From a virus (taxonomy: Duplodnaviria > Caudoviricetes), in the IMG/VR virus record IMGVR_UViG_3300031992_000018, positions 64,001 to 128,000 of that record: 64,000 nucleotides of DNA. One strand, written 5' to 3'. Made by a program: the position numbers and the translations under genes. The first letter of the stretch is position 1; each line of letters opens with the position of its first letter. A model generated the notes under the pieces. It was not told where the DNA came from and ran no database searches. It saw only the letters and a list, made by a program, of their open reading frames with translations. Of the stretch, positions 18,810-29,812 are shown piece by piece.

Positions 18810-19251
18810 TGCTCTTTTAAAATATCATATTATTAATTCATTAATTTTTGTTGATGGTAATTATTCAGTTAGTAGAGAATTGAAAGTTAAACTTATAAGG
18901 TATAAGTTCAATTTTAAGAAATTTTTTGATGAATTTAATGAAATACAATCAAAATATGCTGAAGAAGTAAAAACTGATGAATATAATGAACTTGTTTCAA
19001 TTCCAATTAAAGATAGAACAAAAAAACAAGATGATAGACTTGATAAACTTATACAAGAAATAAATTCAGAATATAATTCATTAATAAATCAAAAATTATC
19101 TGAAGAAGTCAATACGGATTGGTATACTCCATTAAATGAAACTGAATTTGATGAATTATTAAATGTAAATATTGAACATAATGTAAATATAAATGGAACT
19201 GAAATAAATGGAACCGATTTTGTTACATTAATTCATGATAATTTATTATAA
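18796..19251 (+). CDS. hypothetical protein
   Basis: Helical ORF, ATG at 18796. Confidence 0.6.
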   Translation: MNLNSALLKYHIINSLIFVDGNYSVSRELKVKLIRYKFNFKKFFDEFNEIQSKYAEEVKTDEYNELVSIPIKDRTKKQDDRLDKLIQEINSEYNSLINQKLSEEVNTDWYTPLNETEFDELLNVNIEHNVNINGTEINGTDFVTLIHDNLL

Positions 19252-19286
19252 AAAAAGAAGAGGTTTTGTTAAACCTCTTCTTTTTT
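19251..19286. terminator. bidirectional intrinsic terminator
   Basis: aaaaaagaagaggttt-tgtt-aaacctcttctttttt. Confidence 0.85.
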
Positions 19287-19296
19287 GTTTAAAGAT

Positions 19297-21600
19297 TTAT
19301 GTAATTATATATAATGTATGTTGGTCAGTACCAGGAGATGATGCTACTGTAATTTGGTCTATATAATTTGTTTCAGAACTATGTGTAACTATATTATTTG
19401 TATATGTTGTATTTTCTGATTGTCTATTTATTTTACCAGTAATTCTAATATAATTAGAAGACATAACTCCTAAATTTATAGTAGGATTATTTAATGAATT
19501 TCTTGATCCCCAGTTATATGTATTTACTGCAAATAATAAATTAGATGCTTCAGATGTAGAACGTTTAATATATGTAAATAAACCTTCAGTAGATATTTTT
19601 GTATAAGTATTATAAGGTATTCCAGGTCCTGGTACATCAACTGATCCTTCACATATATATGTTGATGAAGCTAATAAATATATATTACCATTTCCAGCAT
19701 CAACATCTATATTATAGTCATCTGATTTTATTTCTATAGGTGCTGAATTTCCATATATATTTATACCATTTGCACCTCCTTCTAAATATAATATATCATC
19801 ATCACTATTAATATTGCCATTATAATCTCCTGTTGAAATTAATCCACCACCACTAAAACTTAATGTATTTCCTGCTGGATTAAATGTAAGACCATTATTT
19901 ACATATGATTTAGCAAGACTTCCTGAAGTTTGATCAGTAAATAAAAAATTATATGATTGATTAGTATTTTTAGTTTCTATTGTAGGATATGTAGTTGGTA
20001 ATGTAGGTAATTTATAAGAATCTACAGTAACTCCAGTTACATGTCCTTTTAAATCTCTTTTTATATTAACACCTGTAACAATTTGAGTTGTACCAAATGT
20101 TGCATCACTTCCACCACTTGCATCAACATTTAATTCTGCTGAACTATTCTCTGCAGGTGTATAGTGACCTTCTAATGATGTTGATACATCTGTCCATGGA
20201 ACATTTACAATTAATTTTCCATCTGGATTTGTTTGTATACCATAATATTTACCAGCAGTAGTTTGTGCACTATTTACATTAACAGCAGATGATGCACTAT
20301 GATAAGTTTTTGCTACACCATATACGGAATTTGTCATTACAGGTATATCACCTGTAACACTAGTTGTAAGTGATCCAGAACGAGATAATGTCATTCTAAC
20401 ACCATTAACTCCACTTGTATTACCGCTAAATGATGCTCCACTTACATATGTATCTGTCCAAGGTACATTAGTATATAAATTACCATTACTAATATCTAGT
20501 TTATAATTTCTAGCAGTTGTATTTGTAGTGTATCCTGTTTTTCCAACACCATATGTTGATGATGTCATTATTGGAATTGTAAAATTAATTGTTTTATTAC
20601 TTGTTAAACTGTCATCACCATTATGAACATGATATGTCAATGTTACTTTATCACCAGCATTGTCATTAGAAGTTACTTCTGCTTTATAAATATATGAATT
20701 AATCCATGGTACATATGTAAATAAATTACCTGCAGATGTAATTTCTGTTTTATATTTTTTTACTGAATTAACATAACCTAATTTTGCTACACCATATGAT
20801 GTTGATGTCATAGGTGGTATAGTAGATGTATGTGAATCATTATAATTTGTAATTATAGATAATTTTCTACCACCACCATCATTTTCATTTTTAAATTCTG
20901 TAATATATGTTTCTTTAATAGTAAATTCATATGCACCTACTACATGACGTTTTGAATCAAGTTTAAGACCATTTAAAATTGATATACCATCTCTAAGATA
21001 ATGAGGATTTGAATCATTTATATTATTAGAAGCTATAAATGATGTTGCTCCTGAACCAGTACGAGCTGTAGGAGATGATGGTATATAGTGTGTTGTTGTA
21101 ATTGAAATATTTGTATCACTTGAAGTTCCACTACCACTTATATCTCCTGATAAAGATATAGCATGAGCAAAATATGATGAATCCTTACTATCAAGTGTAT
21201 CAGCATCATCAGCAGTATTAGCATGATTTACTGATAAACTAGAAGATTTAGTATATGTTATTGTGATTGTTCCATTTGATTTAGTAATATCAGAAACTAA
21301 ATCTTGTCCGGATGATTTTGTACCAGATAATGTATCAACAGCATATCCTTTACTTACAGTAATAGTATAAGCATTATTATCATTTGATATAGATACTCCA
21401 TTTACAAAATTACCTGTTCCACTAGAACTTATTGAAATAGATCTTGAATATCCATATTCTTCACCATGTGTCCATATAGAATGTCTTTTATTATCAAATA
21501 CTAAAGAATTTGATGTATCAGCATCTAATGTTTTTATTTTATTATAGGTTGTTGAATATGAACCATCACCATTATAAGTATTAAATACATTACTTGCCAT
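19297..21600 (-). CDS. tail fibre / appendage protein
   Basis: S/T/G/N-rich 767 aa; three repeats IP.MT...YGV.K..Y...G.L..[NY]VPW; NHANTADDADTLD motif. Confidence 0.75.
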   Translation of the reverse strand: MASNVFNTYNGDGSYSTTYNKIKTLDADTSNSLVFDNKRHSIWTHGEEYGYSRSISISSSGTGNFVNGVSISNDNNAYTITVSKGYAVDTLSGTKSSGQDLVSDITKSNGTITITYTKSSSLSVNHANTADDADTLDSKDSSYFAHAISLSGDISGSGTSSDTNISITTTHYIPSSPTARTGSGATSFIASNNINDSNPHYLRDGISILNGLKLDSKRHVVGAYEFTIKETYITEFKNENDGGGRKLSIITNYNDSHTSTIPPMTSTSYGVAKLGYVNSVKKYKTEITSAGNLFTYVPWINSYIYKAEVTSNDNAGDKVTLTYHVHNGDDSLTSNKTINFTIPIMTSSTYGVGKTGYTTNTTARNYKLDISNGNLYTNVPWTDTYVSGASFSGNTSGVNGVRMTLSRSGSLTTSVTGDIPVMTNSVYGVAKTYHSASSAVNVNSAQTTAGKYYGIQTNPDGKLIVNVPWTDVSTSLEGHYTPAENSSAELNVDASGGSDATFGTTQIVTGVNIKRDLKGHVTGVTVDSYKLPTLPTTYPTIETKNTNQSYNFLFTDQTSGSLAKSYVNNGLTFNPAGNTLSFSGGGLISTGDYNGNINSDDDILYLEGGANGINIYGNSAPIEIKSDDYNIDVDAGNGNIYLLASSTYICEGSVDVPGPGIPYNTYTKISTEGLFTYIKRSTSEASNLLFAVNTYNWGSRNSLNNPTINLGVMSSNYIRITGKINRQSENTTYTNNIVTHSSETNYIDQITVASSPGTDQHTLYIIT

Positions 21601-21716
21601 ATATTACTATATTAATTATATAAACCTTTATACATAAAAATAATTTTTTAAGTGAAATAATTATATAAATATCTATAAATATCTATATTAAATTATAAAA
21701 TAATCAATTTTAGTAA

Positions 21717-22415
21717 ATGAAAATTTTAAACGAATTCGGTATTAAACCTACAAGAACTGGTCGTGCTGCTGGTTATGATTTCTTTATTCCTAATATTAAA
21801 ACTTCTGTAGAAGAAGGTAAAAATATTTTAGAAGCATTTTCAAAATCTTATAATAAAAGTGTAGATGAATTAAATAATCTTATTAATGATTTATATCTTC
21901 AGATTTCTGCTACTTATGGTGAAGATAAAATTAATGGTAATGAATTAAATATTCTTCATCTTTATCTTGCTATTGATTCTGTTTCATTAAAAAGTGTTGA
22001 TGATTCAATTGAAACATTTGTAGATAATTATCTTGTTTATGATAAGAATGGAAATCCTGGTATTAAGCCTCGTGTTCTTGATCATGTAAAATTTAATTCT
22101 GGTATTCATACTCTTTTAAATAGAGGTACTGCTGGTATATTCTTTAATAAGAGTGGTAAAGGTGTAAAGGGTTGGGATATTAGAGCTTGTGTTGTTGATG
22201 ATGATTATGCTGGTTTTGTTCATCTTTCAATGAGTTATACAAAAATTAATGATGAAGATGGTATTATTTATGTTGGTGATAAATTAACTCAGATGGTAAT
22301 TCTTAAGGTTGAACAAGATGATGTTGAAGAAATTGATGCTGAAACTTATAATAAAGCAATGAGTGATTCAGAGCGTGGTTCAGATGGTTTTGGTTCAAGT
22401 GATGTAAAACATTAA
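21717..22415 (+). CDS. dut: trimeric-type dUTPase with a large insertion
   Basis: Motifs AAGYDF, KSG, VVDDDYAG, GDKLTQ, RGSDGFGSS. Confidence 0.85.
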   Translation: MKILNEFGIKPTRTGRAAGYDFFIPNIKTSVEEGKNILEAFSKSYNKSVDELNNLINDLYLQISATYGEDKINGNELNILHLYLAIDSVSLKSVDDSIETFVDNYLVYDKNGNPGIKPRVLDHVKFNSGIHTLLNRGTAGIFFNKSGKGVKGWDIRACVVDDDYAGFVHLSMSYTKINDEDGIIYVGDKLTQMVILKVEQDDVEEIDAETYNKAMSDSERGSDGFGSSDVKH

Positions 22416-22440
22416 AATATTTATTATTTATAATATTTAA

Positions 22441-22467
22441 AAGACTGATATTTTATCAGTCTTTTTT
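22441..22467 (+). terminator. intrinsic terminator
   Basis: aagactgata-ttt-tatcagtctt plus T tract. Confidence 0.8.
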
Positions 22468-22482
22468 ATTTTTATATATAAT
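22466..22482 (+). promoter_or_regulatory. late-type promoter-like motif TTATTTTTATATATAA
   Basis: Core TTATTTTTA begins 30-46 nt upstream of the ATG of 12 structural, CTS-leader or operon-head genes. Confidence 0.55.
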
Positions 22483-22498
22483 ATATTTGTTTTTATTA

Positions 22499-25400
22499 AT
22501 GGCTAAACATAGAGATTTTGGTACAATAAGAGTAAGAATACAATTACCTTCAACTGATGAACAGAAGGCAATAGTAGGAAGTATGCCTGATAATTTACAA
22601 AAAATAGGTGCAGATATTGATAGTGCTATGTTAGCTATTATTACCGGAGATACATCTAAAAAACCTAATATCGGTGATATTGCTAAAGGATTTACTATCG
22701 GTAAAGATGGTACATTATTTAGTAATATAAAAAATATTAATGAAGAAATTACACAAATAAAAACTGAATTAACTAATAGTAATAAAACATTATCAGATAT
22801 ATATGGTTTACTTAATTCAATTACTACTAAAGAAAATCCAGAATCAAAAAAATCATCTGTTCTTATTGTTGATACAACAAAGGCAAATAATTTAGAACAA
22901 ATTCTTGGAGAGGTAAAAAATCTTGCTAATAATTCAAATGAAGTTGATTTAGATGGTTTTATTAACATTGAAAAATTCTTTATAATGTTAAATGAACTAA
23001 CTAATGAAAATGGTATAATAACTCAAGCAGTAAATAATACAAATAATATACCTAATTTATCTAAAAAGGCAAATAAAAATATTCATACATTAACATCTTT
23101 ATTTACTGCTATTAATAATTTAATTGTAATAGATTCTAATAAAATAAAAAGTAGTAGTGATGAACTTAAAGCTAGTATTGAATATTTAAATAAAATATTA
23201 GAAGATATATCAAAGCTTGACATTGATGATAATATTAAAAATGTCAAGAAAACATTTGATTCTATAAAGAGTTTATATGATGATAATGTTAAAGTAACTG
23301 CTGAAGCAGTAAAAAATCATACAGCAGACCTAAATACTATAAAATTAGGTCTTGATCAATCATATGAAACAGTTATAACATCTCATGATAGAATGAGTGA
23401 TTTAGATATTGATGATATAGAATTAACTGCTGGTGATGTCGCAGGTGCTATTGCTTTATTAGGTGTAGTTATGCTTATTGGTGGAGCAATAATAAAGAAT
23501 AATCCAGACTTAATTCTTGAATCAGTAAAATTTGGTGCTGTATTAACTACTTTCTTATTAGAATTAAGTATACCTATTGCTGTTATTGGTGTAATAAATA
23601 ATAGACTTGACGCATCTTTTGATTCTTTAGCTGAATTAACTGTTTTTATAACAATTGCATCATTTGTAATGTTTATTGGCGCATTAGTTGTTCAAAATAA
23701 GAGATTAGTTATTAATTCATTATTATTTGGTACGGTTTTCTCAATATTTTTATTTGTAACTCTTGGAGCTATTAATATTGCTACAAAAAATATTACTCCT
23801 GAACTATTCAAAGATATTCATAAATTATCTTGGTTAATCATTACATGTACATTTGTAATGTTGATTGCTACTAAATTTGTTGAATCAAAAGAAATATGGG
23901 CTAATGCTTTACTATTTGGAATAATATTAGGAGGTTTTATCATTGCTGTATTATTACCATTTGCTTTATATGGTAGATTATTTAAAAAGACAATAGAGAT
24001 AGCATCAGGTGCTGTACAATTAATTTTAGTATGTACACTAATAATGGTTATTGCAGCATATTTTGTTAAAACAAAAGAAATATGGGAAAATTCATTAAGA
24101 TTTAGTGGTTTATTATTTGTATTTATATTTGCTACTACTGCACCACTATTATTCTTTGCTCTTCTTAAAGAAAAAGCATATGAAGCTATAGATTCTTATA
24201 GAAGATTTATAGTTACATCATTAATTATAATGACATTAGGTATCATCTTTATGAATATTAAAGGTGGTAAATATGCTATTGATGCTTTACAATTTGGTGC
24301 TTTATTAGGAGCATTTATATTTGCAACATTATTACCTGTTCTTTTATTTATTCCTTTACAGAAGAAAGCAACATCAACAATATTAGTTATAACTTTATTT
24401 GTATTAAGTTGTGCTGCTATATTATTTATGGCTGCTACTATTATTGAAAGTGGTACATGGAAAGCTGCATTATTATTTAGTGTAGCAATGGGATTATTTA
24501 TTACATCAATATTATTACCATTTAAGAAAGGTGTTAATGAAAGTATTACTAGAGCAACATTAGCTATTTTATCATTAAGTGTTTTAGTATTTGTTTCAGG
24601 ATATACTATAAAAATGGTAGCAGAAACTGTTAAAGATAATGGTTGGGGTAAAACTTTAATAGGTGCTGGTATTTTTGTTGCAACATTACTTATTTTAGTT
24701 GGAGGAATTGTATTTATATCTTCACTTATTGAAAATAATATAAATCCAAATAAAGTAAAAGCAATTTCATTTACTTTATTATCTATATCAGTTCTTATAC
24801 TTATAACTTCATATTCTTTATCATTATTGAAGAAATCTGGAATTGAATTAGCAGATATTGGAAAATTTGCTATTTTAAACGCTATTGTTATTGCAATGGT
24901 TGGTTTAATAGTTTGGATTTCAAGTAAAGCAGATTTTAATAACGTTAAAAATACTATAATGATAATGGGAGCAATTAGTCTTACATTATTAGTTATTGTT
25001 GGTACATTATGGTTATTAAAGAAAGCTGAAATTACAAAAGAACATTTAATACAAATTGGACTTATAGCTGCTGGTATTACAGTAATGCTTGCTATTATTA
25101 TGGTTATATCAATGATACCTGCTAAAAGAGTTTTAGAAGCAAGTAAAATAATGTTTGGAATAACATTTGTATTAGCTTTAGCAGTTGGTGCAATATGGTT
25201 AATGAAGAAAGCTAAAATTGATGAAACAGATTTAAAAAGAATTGGACTTATAGCTGGCGGTATTACTGTAATGACAGGTATTATAATGGCAATTAGTTTA
25301 ATACCAGCAAAAAATACAGAAGCAGCTATTGGTATAATGCTTTCTATAGGTATTACATTAGCTTTAGTGGTTGGAGCAATATGGTTAATGAAAACTGCTC

Positions 25401-28400
25401 AAATTAAAGAAGAAGATCTTAAATTAATAGGATGTATAGCTGGTGGTATTACTATAATGACAAGTATTATTATGGGATTATCAGCAATAAAATCAGTTGA
25501 TGCTAAAAAAGCTATATTAATTTTAGCTAGTATTACTATATGTTTAGTAGGATTAGTTTTAACTTTAGCATATTTAGCTAATTCTGGTATTGATTGGAAA
25601 CATATTTGGATGTTATATGCTATTGAAGGAGCTGTTGTAGTTTTAACTGCTATTACAATAGGTATTGGAATATTACTTGAAAAAGTAAAAGATAAAGGAA
25701 AATTTTATGAAAGTTTATTTATAGTTTCTTTAATGACAGCTTGTGTTATTGGATTAGCTCTTGGTATTTCAGAAATAGCAAAAGCTGGTGTTGAATGGAA
25801 ACATGTTTTAATGTTAGGTGCTCTTGAATTAGCTGTTGTAGCTTTAGTTGGTTTAGTTTTTGCTATTGGTGCTATAACTTCAATTCCAGGAGTAAAAACA
25901 TTATTAGCAATTGGTGCAGTTATTATTGCAGCAGCTGTTGGTGTAGTTTTATTAATAGGTATTGCTATAAGAAAAATAGCAGATGCAGCAAAAGAAGCAG
26001 ATGAAGTAAAACATCCAGAATCAATAGGTCTTGTTTTATCAGCATTTTTTAATTCATTTAAAGATTTAAGTTTAGGTAGTACATTAAAATTAGCTTTATT
26101 TGGTAAAAAAATAGCTAAAACAGTTAATAGATTAGTTGAACCAATTTCAAAGATTGTTGAAATTATAAAAAATATATCATCATTAAATGTTCCTACTGGT
26201 TTTGATAAAAATGGTAATCCAACAGGATATACACGTTTAACTCCAGAAGAATTTAAAAAAACTGCAAGTAATATAACAGATATACTTATGGTTATTCCAA
26301 ATGGTGTTGCACCAGCTGCTAAAAGTATAAAGAAATTTGTAAAGAGTAATAAAAAAACAGATAATTTATTAGAAGTAATTAGTAATATGGGCGAAATTAT
26401 TTCTAATATAGCTAAAGGTGTTCAATCATATGCTAATTTAGCAATACCTTCCGGATGGGATGAAAATTGTAAACCAACTGGTTATAGATTAATGAATGAA
26501 CAAGATTTTATAAATGCTGGAAATAGTATAAAACAAATACTTATAATAATACCAGAAGCTATAAAAAATACTTATGGTGATTTAAAGAAATTAATAAAGA
26601 ATAATGAAATTGACAGTGTTATAAAAACTTGTGTAAGTATTGGTGATATTATTGGTAATATAGCTAAAGGTGTTCAATCATATGCTAAATTATTAATTCC
26701 AAAAGATTATGATGAAAATGGTAAGCCTAAAAGATATGAATTAATGACAAAAAAAGATTTTAAGGATGCTGGTGAGGCAATTTCAGAAATTATGCTTACA
26801 ATGACAAAAGGTGTTATTAATGCATATAAAGAATATGAAACTATAATGACACCAAGCAAATTCAAGAAAATTATTAAATCATTTTCTCCTATTGGTGAAT
26901 TAATATCTAATATGAGTAAAGGTATTAAAGATATAATTGAATTAGAAATACCTATATATGATGAAAATGGTAATGTTGTTGGTAAGCAAAAATTAAATGA
27001 AAATGACTTTACTGATTTAAAAACTAATCTTAATATATTAATGACAGGAACATCACAATCAATTGTTGATATTGCTGACAATATGAAGAATAGTGATTTA
27101 GATCCTAGTTCTAAAAAGTTCAAAGCTATTATTGAATCATTTGTACCAATTGGAGAATTTATTTCTAAATTAGCAACTGGTATAAAAGATTATGCGTCAG
27201 CAACTTATACAGATGAAAATGGTAAGAAGATTCATGTTACTCCAGAATATATACAAGAAGCTGGAACTAATATATCTACATTATTAACAACTGTAACAAA
27301 TTCATTAATAGATTATTATAATGATCCTAAATATACAAAGTTATTTGATAAAGATATTATTAAAAATATAGGAACACAATATAAAGAAATTACAGAAGTT
27401 ATAAGTTCAATAATTGATTCTATTAAGAAAATAGGAGAAATTAAAAATGATATTATAATAACTAGTCTTAATAATTTAAATACAATATTTAATGGAACAA
27501 AGAAAGATAAATCAGATAGTTTAATAAATATTATATGCTCAGCATTTAGTGATAATATAAGTTATGATTCAAATAAATTAAAAACTATACAAACTATATT
27601 TACAGATTTATTTGATACTATTAATATATTAAATAAAAATTTAACTGAGAATGAAATTAAAAATATTCCAGAACAAAAAATTATAGCTATTATTGATAGT
27701 ATTACTAATATAATTAATAAATTTAAACCTGGAGATAGTTTTTGGGATGATAATAAGAATGTATTAAATATTGCAAATAAGTTTAAAACATTTGATTTAA
27801 TAAATGGTTATATATCATCATCTATAAAGAAAATTAGTAAATTAATAGATAATATAGATAAATTAAATATTAATAATTTATATTATGAAGAAGTAAATGA
27901 TGAAAATAAAGAAACTAAAAATAAAATTAATAAAATTACTAAAGTATTAAATTCTATTAGTAATATTACTAATATATTAAATTCAAACACAAATGTAAAA
28001 ATAGATAGAGAAAAAATAAATAAATTAAAAAAGGAACTTGGTTTAATAGATAATTTAATAGATGTCTTAAAGAATTCTTTTAAAAAACTTAATAAATTTA
28101 ATAAGGCATATGAAACTGATAATAATTTTGATAATATTTCCATAGCTATTAAAAAGTTTAATATTGCTTTTGCTAATATTAAGAAAGAATTAGAAGGAGA
28201 TCCTAAAAATAATATTCCAGGATTATCTAATGAATCAATTAAAAATTTAGCTAAGTTAGAATATAAAGTTGAAACATTTAGTAATATTGTTAGAGACCTT
28301 ATAAAAGCATCTTCTGATTCAATAAAGAATCCTAAGTTATTTGAACAAATTGGACAAGGTATTTCAACAATAAATAGTAAATTAAATGAAGTAAATAGTA

Positions 28401-28789
28401 ATAATGCTGAAAAGATTGATAATGAAGTTAGATCATTAGATAAATTTGTAAAATCAGTTGATAGAATTGATTTAGTTAAAGTTACAAAAATGACAAGTCT
28501 TATGGAAGCAATGAGTAATTTAGCTGATAAGATGGGTGGTTTTGATAAACTTGCTGAATTATTAGATGGTGATTTTATAGAAATACTTACTAAACTTAAT
28601 GATACAGTTAATGAAGCAAAACAAAGTATAGAAACATCAGAACGTATTAATAAGCAAAGACAGCAAGAATTAAAGAAGAATATTGAAGAATTCAGTAAAC
28701 TTATGGATAAGAATATTGTTGTTGGAGTAAGTGAACTTGATAAAGATGGTAATCTTAAAGTAAGTTCAGAAAAAATAAAAAAGAGTTAA
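22499..28789 (+). CDS. tape-measure-like protein with a long multi-hydrophobic-helix core
   Basis: 2,096 aa from ATG 22499; coiled-coil ends; repeated hydrophobic helices ~aa 320-1160; IAKGVQSYA.L.IP...DENG.P repeats. Confidence 0.7.
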   Translation: MAKHRDFGTIRVRIQLPSTDEQKAIVGSMPDNLQKIGADIDSAMLAIITGDTSKKPNIGDIAKGFTIGKDGTLFSNIKNINEEITQIKTELTNSNKTLSDIYGLLNSITTKENPESKKSSVLIVDTTKANNLEQILGEVKNLANNSNEVDLDGFINIEKFFIMLNELTNENGIITQAVNNTNNIPNLSKKANKNIHTLTSLFTAINNLIVIDSNKIKSSSDELKASIEYLNKILEDISKLDIDDNIKNVKKTFDSIKSLYDDNVKVTAEAVKNHTADLNTIKLGLDQSYETVITSHDRMSDLDIDDIELTAGDVAGAIALLGVVMLIGGAIIKNNPDLILESVKFGAVLTTFLLELSIPIAVIGVINNRLDASFDSLAELTVFITIASFVMFIGALVVQNKRLVINSLLFGTVFSIFLFVTLGAINIATKNITPELFKDIHKLSWLIITCTFVMLIATKFVESKEIWANALLFGIILGGFIIAVLLPFALYGRLFKKTIEIASGAVQLILVCTLIMVIAAYFVKTKEIWENSLRFSGLLFVFIFATTAPLLFFALLKEKAYEAIDSYRRFIVTSLIIMTLGIIFMNIKGGKYAIDALQFGALLGAFIFATLLPVLLFIPLQKKATSTILVITLFVLSCAAILFMAATIIESGTWKAALLFSVAMGLFITSILLPFKKGVNESITRATLAILSLSVLVFVSGYTIKMVAETVKDNGWGKTLIGAGIFVATLLILVGGIVFISSLIENNINPNKVKAISFTLLSISVLILITSYSLSLLKKSGIELADIGKFAILNAIVIAMVGLIVWISSKADFNNVKNTIMIMGAISLTLLVIVGTLWLLKKAEITKEHLIQIGLIAAGITVMLAIIMVISMIPAKRVLEASKIMFGITFVLALAVGAIWLMKKAKIDETDLKRIGLIAGGITVMTGIIMAISLIPAKNTEAAIGIMLSIGITLALVVGAIWLMKTAQIKEEDLKLIGCIAGGITIMTSIIMGLSAIKSVDAKKAILILASITICLVGLVLTLAYLANSGIDWKHIWMLYAIEGAVVVLTAITIGIGILLEKVKDKGKFYESLFIVSLMTACVIGLALGISEIAKAGVEWKHVLMLGALELAVVALVGLVFAIGAITSIPGVKTLLAIGAVIIAAAVGVVLLIGIAIRKIADAAKEADEVKHPESIGLVLSAFFNSFKDLSLGSTLKLALFGKKIAKTVNRLVEPISKIVEIIKNISSLNVPTGFDKNGNPTGYTRLTPEEFKKTASNITDILMVIPNGVAPAAKSIKKFVKSNKKTDNLLEVISNMGEIISNIAKGVQSYANLAIPSGWDENCKPTGYRLMNEQDFINAGNSIKQILIIIPEAIKNTYGDLKKLIKNNEIDSVIKTCVSIGDIIGNIAKGVQSYAKLLIPKDYDENGKPKRYELMTKKDFKDAGEAISEIMLTMTKGVINAYKEYETIMTPSKFKKIIKSFSPIGELISNMSKGIKDIIELEIPIYDENGNVVGKQKLNENDFTDLKTNLNILMTGTSQSIVDIADNMKNSDLDPSSKKFKAIIESFVPIGEFISKLATGIKDYASATYTDENGKKIHVTPEYIQEAGTNISTLLTTVTNSLIDYYNDPKYTKLFDKDIIKNIGTQYKEITEVISSIIDSIKKIGEIKNDIIITSLNNLNTIFNGTKKDKSDSLINIICSAFSDNISYDSNKLKTIQTIFTDLFDTINILNKNLTENEIKNIPEQKIIAIIDSITNIINKFKPGDSFWDDNKNVLNIANKFKTFDLINGYISSSIKKISKLIDNIDKLNINNLYYEEVNDENKETKNKINKITKVLNSISNITNILNSNTNVKIDREKINKLKKELGLIDNLIDVLKNSFKKLNKFNKAYETDNNFDNISIAIKKFNIAFANIKKELEGDPKNNIPGLSNESIKNLAKLEYKVETFSNIVRDLIKASSDSIKNPKLFEQIGQGISTINSKLNEVNSNNAEKIDNEVRSLDKFVKSVDRIDLVKVTKMTSLMEAMSNLADKMGGFDKLAELLDGDFIEILTKLNDTVNEAKQSIETSERINKQRQQELKKNIEEFSKLMDKNIVVGVSELDKDGNLKVSSEKIKKS

Positions 28790-28792
28790 TGT

Positions 28793-28963
28793 ATGAAAGT
28801 ATTTAATATATATCATAAAAATGAAAAATTAAATCATAGACCATTAACAGATAAAGATGTATTAGGTATTAAAGAAAAGAATTTTATTTTAAAAAAAGAA
28901 AATAATAGAATTGTAAAAATACCTTTACAAGAAATAAAAATAATTAAATGTACATTAATATAA
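28793..28963 (+). CDS. small hypothetical protein (56 aa, absent from the ORF track)
   Basis: MKVFNIYHKNEKLNHRPL...KCTLI* fills the gap exactly. Confidence 0.55.
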   Translation: MKVFNIYHKNEKLNHRPLTDKDVLGIKEKNFILKKENNRIVKIPLQEIKIIKCTLI

Positions 28964-28964
28964 T

Positions 28965-29612
28965 ATGTTTACACTAAGAGGAAGACAAGATAATTTTAGG
29001 TTAATATTTCCTAAAGAGTTTATTGTACCAGAAATTGAAGAGAAATATGCAAAAATACTTCAAGATAAACATAGTTTTATATATACACCGATTGACTTTG
29101 TAAATGAAACAATACAGAGTGTACAAGTATTAGGTTTTCAAGAAGCTACTGTTGAACAACTTCAACCTGGTAGAGGAACATATACAGATAATCCAAATAG
29201 AATTAATCAGAATAGATTTATGCATACTACATCAAGTGTAAATTATCGTTCTGAGAAAAATCCAATTGATTTAATTGATAAGACTCTTAATGTACAATTC
29301 AGGCATACTCTTGGATTTGTTAATTATTTTTTATTATTTGAGAATTTCTTTTATCTTTATGCTAGAGATACTAAATATGATCAAATGATTCCAAATTTAT
29401 TTATAGATATAATGGATAATATTGGAAATGTATATTCTAGAATAGAAATCATTAAACCAATAATTAGTGGTATTGATATGCTTGATTTAAATTTTACACA
29501 GCCTCTTGCACAAAGTCAGACATTCAAAATTGAATTTAAATATTCTAATTTAGATTTCCAATTTATATCTAATGATGATTCACAAGAAAAAAATGTAATT
29601 ACTTATATTTAA
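28965..29612 (+). CDS. tail tube / baseplate-tube-initiator-like protein (T4 gp19/gp54 fold)
   Basis: C-terminal IDIMD..GNV...IE...P.ISGI..LD.NF......TF.IEF.Y pattern; next to the tape measure. Confidence 0.5.
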   Translation: MFTLRGRQDNFRLIFPKEFIVPEIEEKYAKILQDKHSFIYTPIDFVNETIQSVQVLGFQEATVEQLQPGRGTYTDNPNRINQNRFMHTTSSVNYRSEKNPIDLIDKTLNVQFRHTLGFVNYFLLFENFFYLYARDTKYDQMIPNLFIDIMDNIGNVYSRIEIIKPIISGIDMLDLNFTQPLAQSQTFKIEFKYSNLDFQFISNDDSQEKNVITYI

Positions 29613-29812
29613 TCCTGGAAAGTTAATAAATTTTTAATTTCTTGCTACTTATTTTTAGCCTGGTCGCGCTAAAATATAAAAAACATATAATATATTAAAG
29701 AACAGTTTATTTTATCCTAAAAACGATTTAAATAAATTGTTCTTTTTTATTGTCTTTTTATATTTTATTTTTCTATATTAAAAATGTATGAAAAATATAT
29801 ATTAATTATAAT

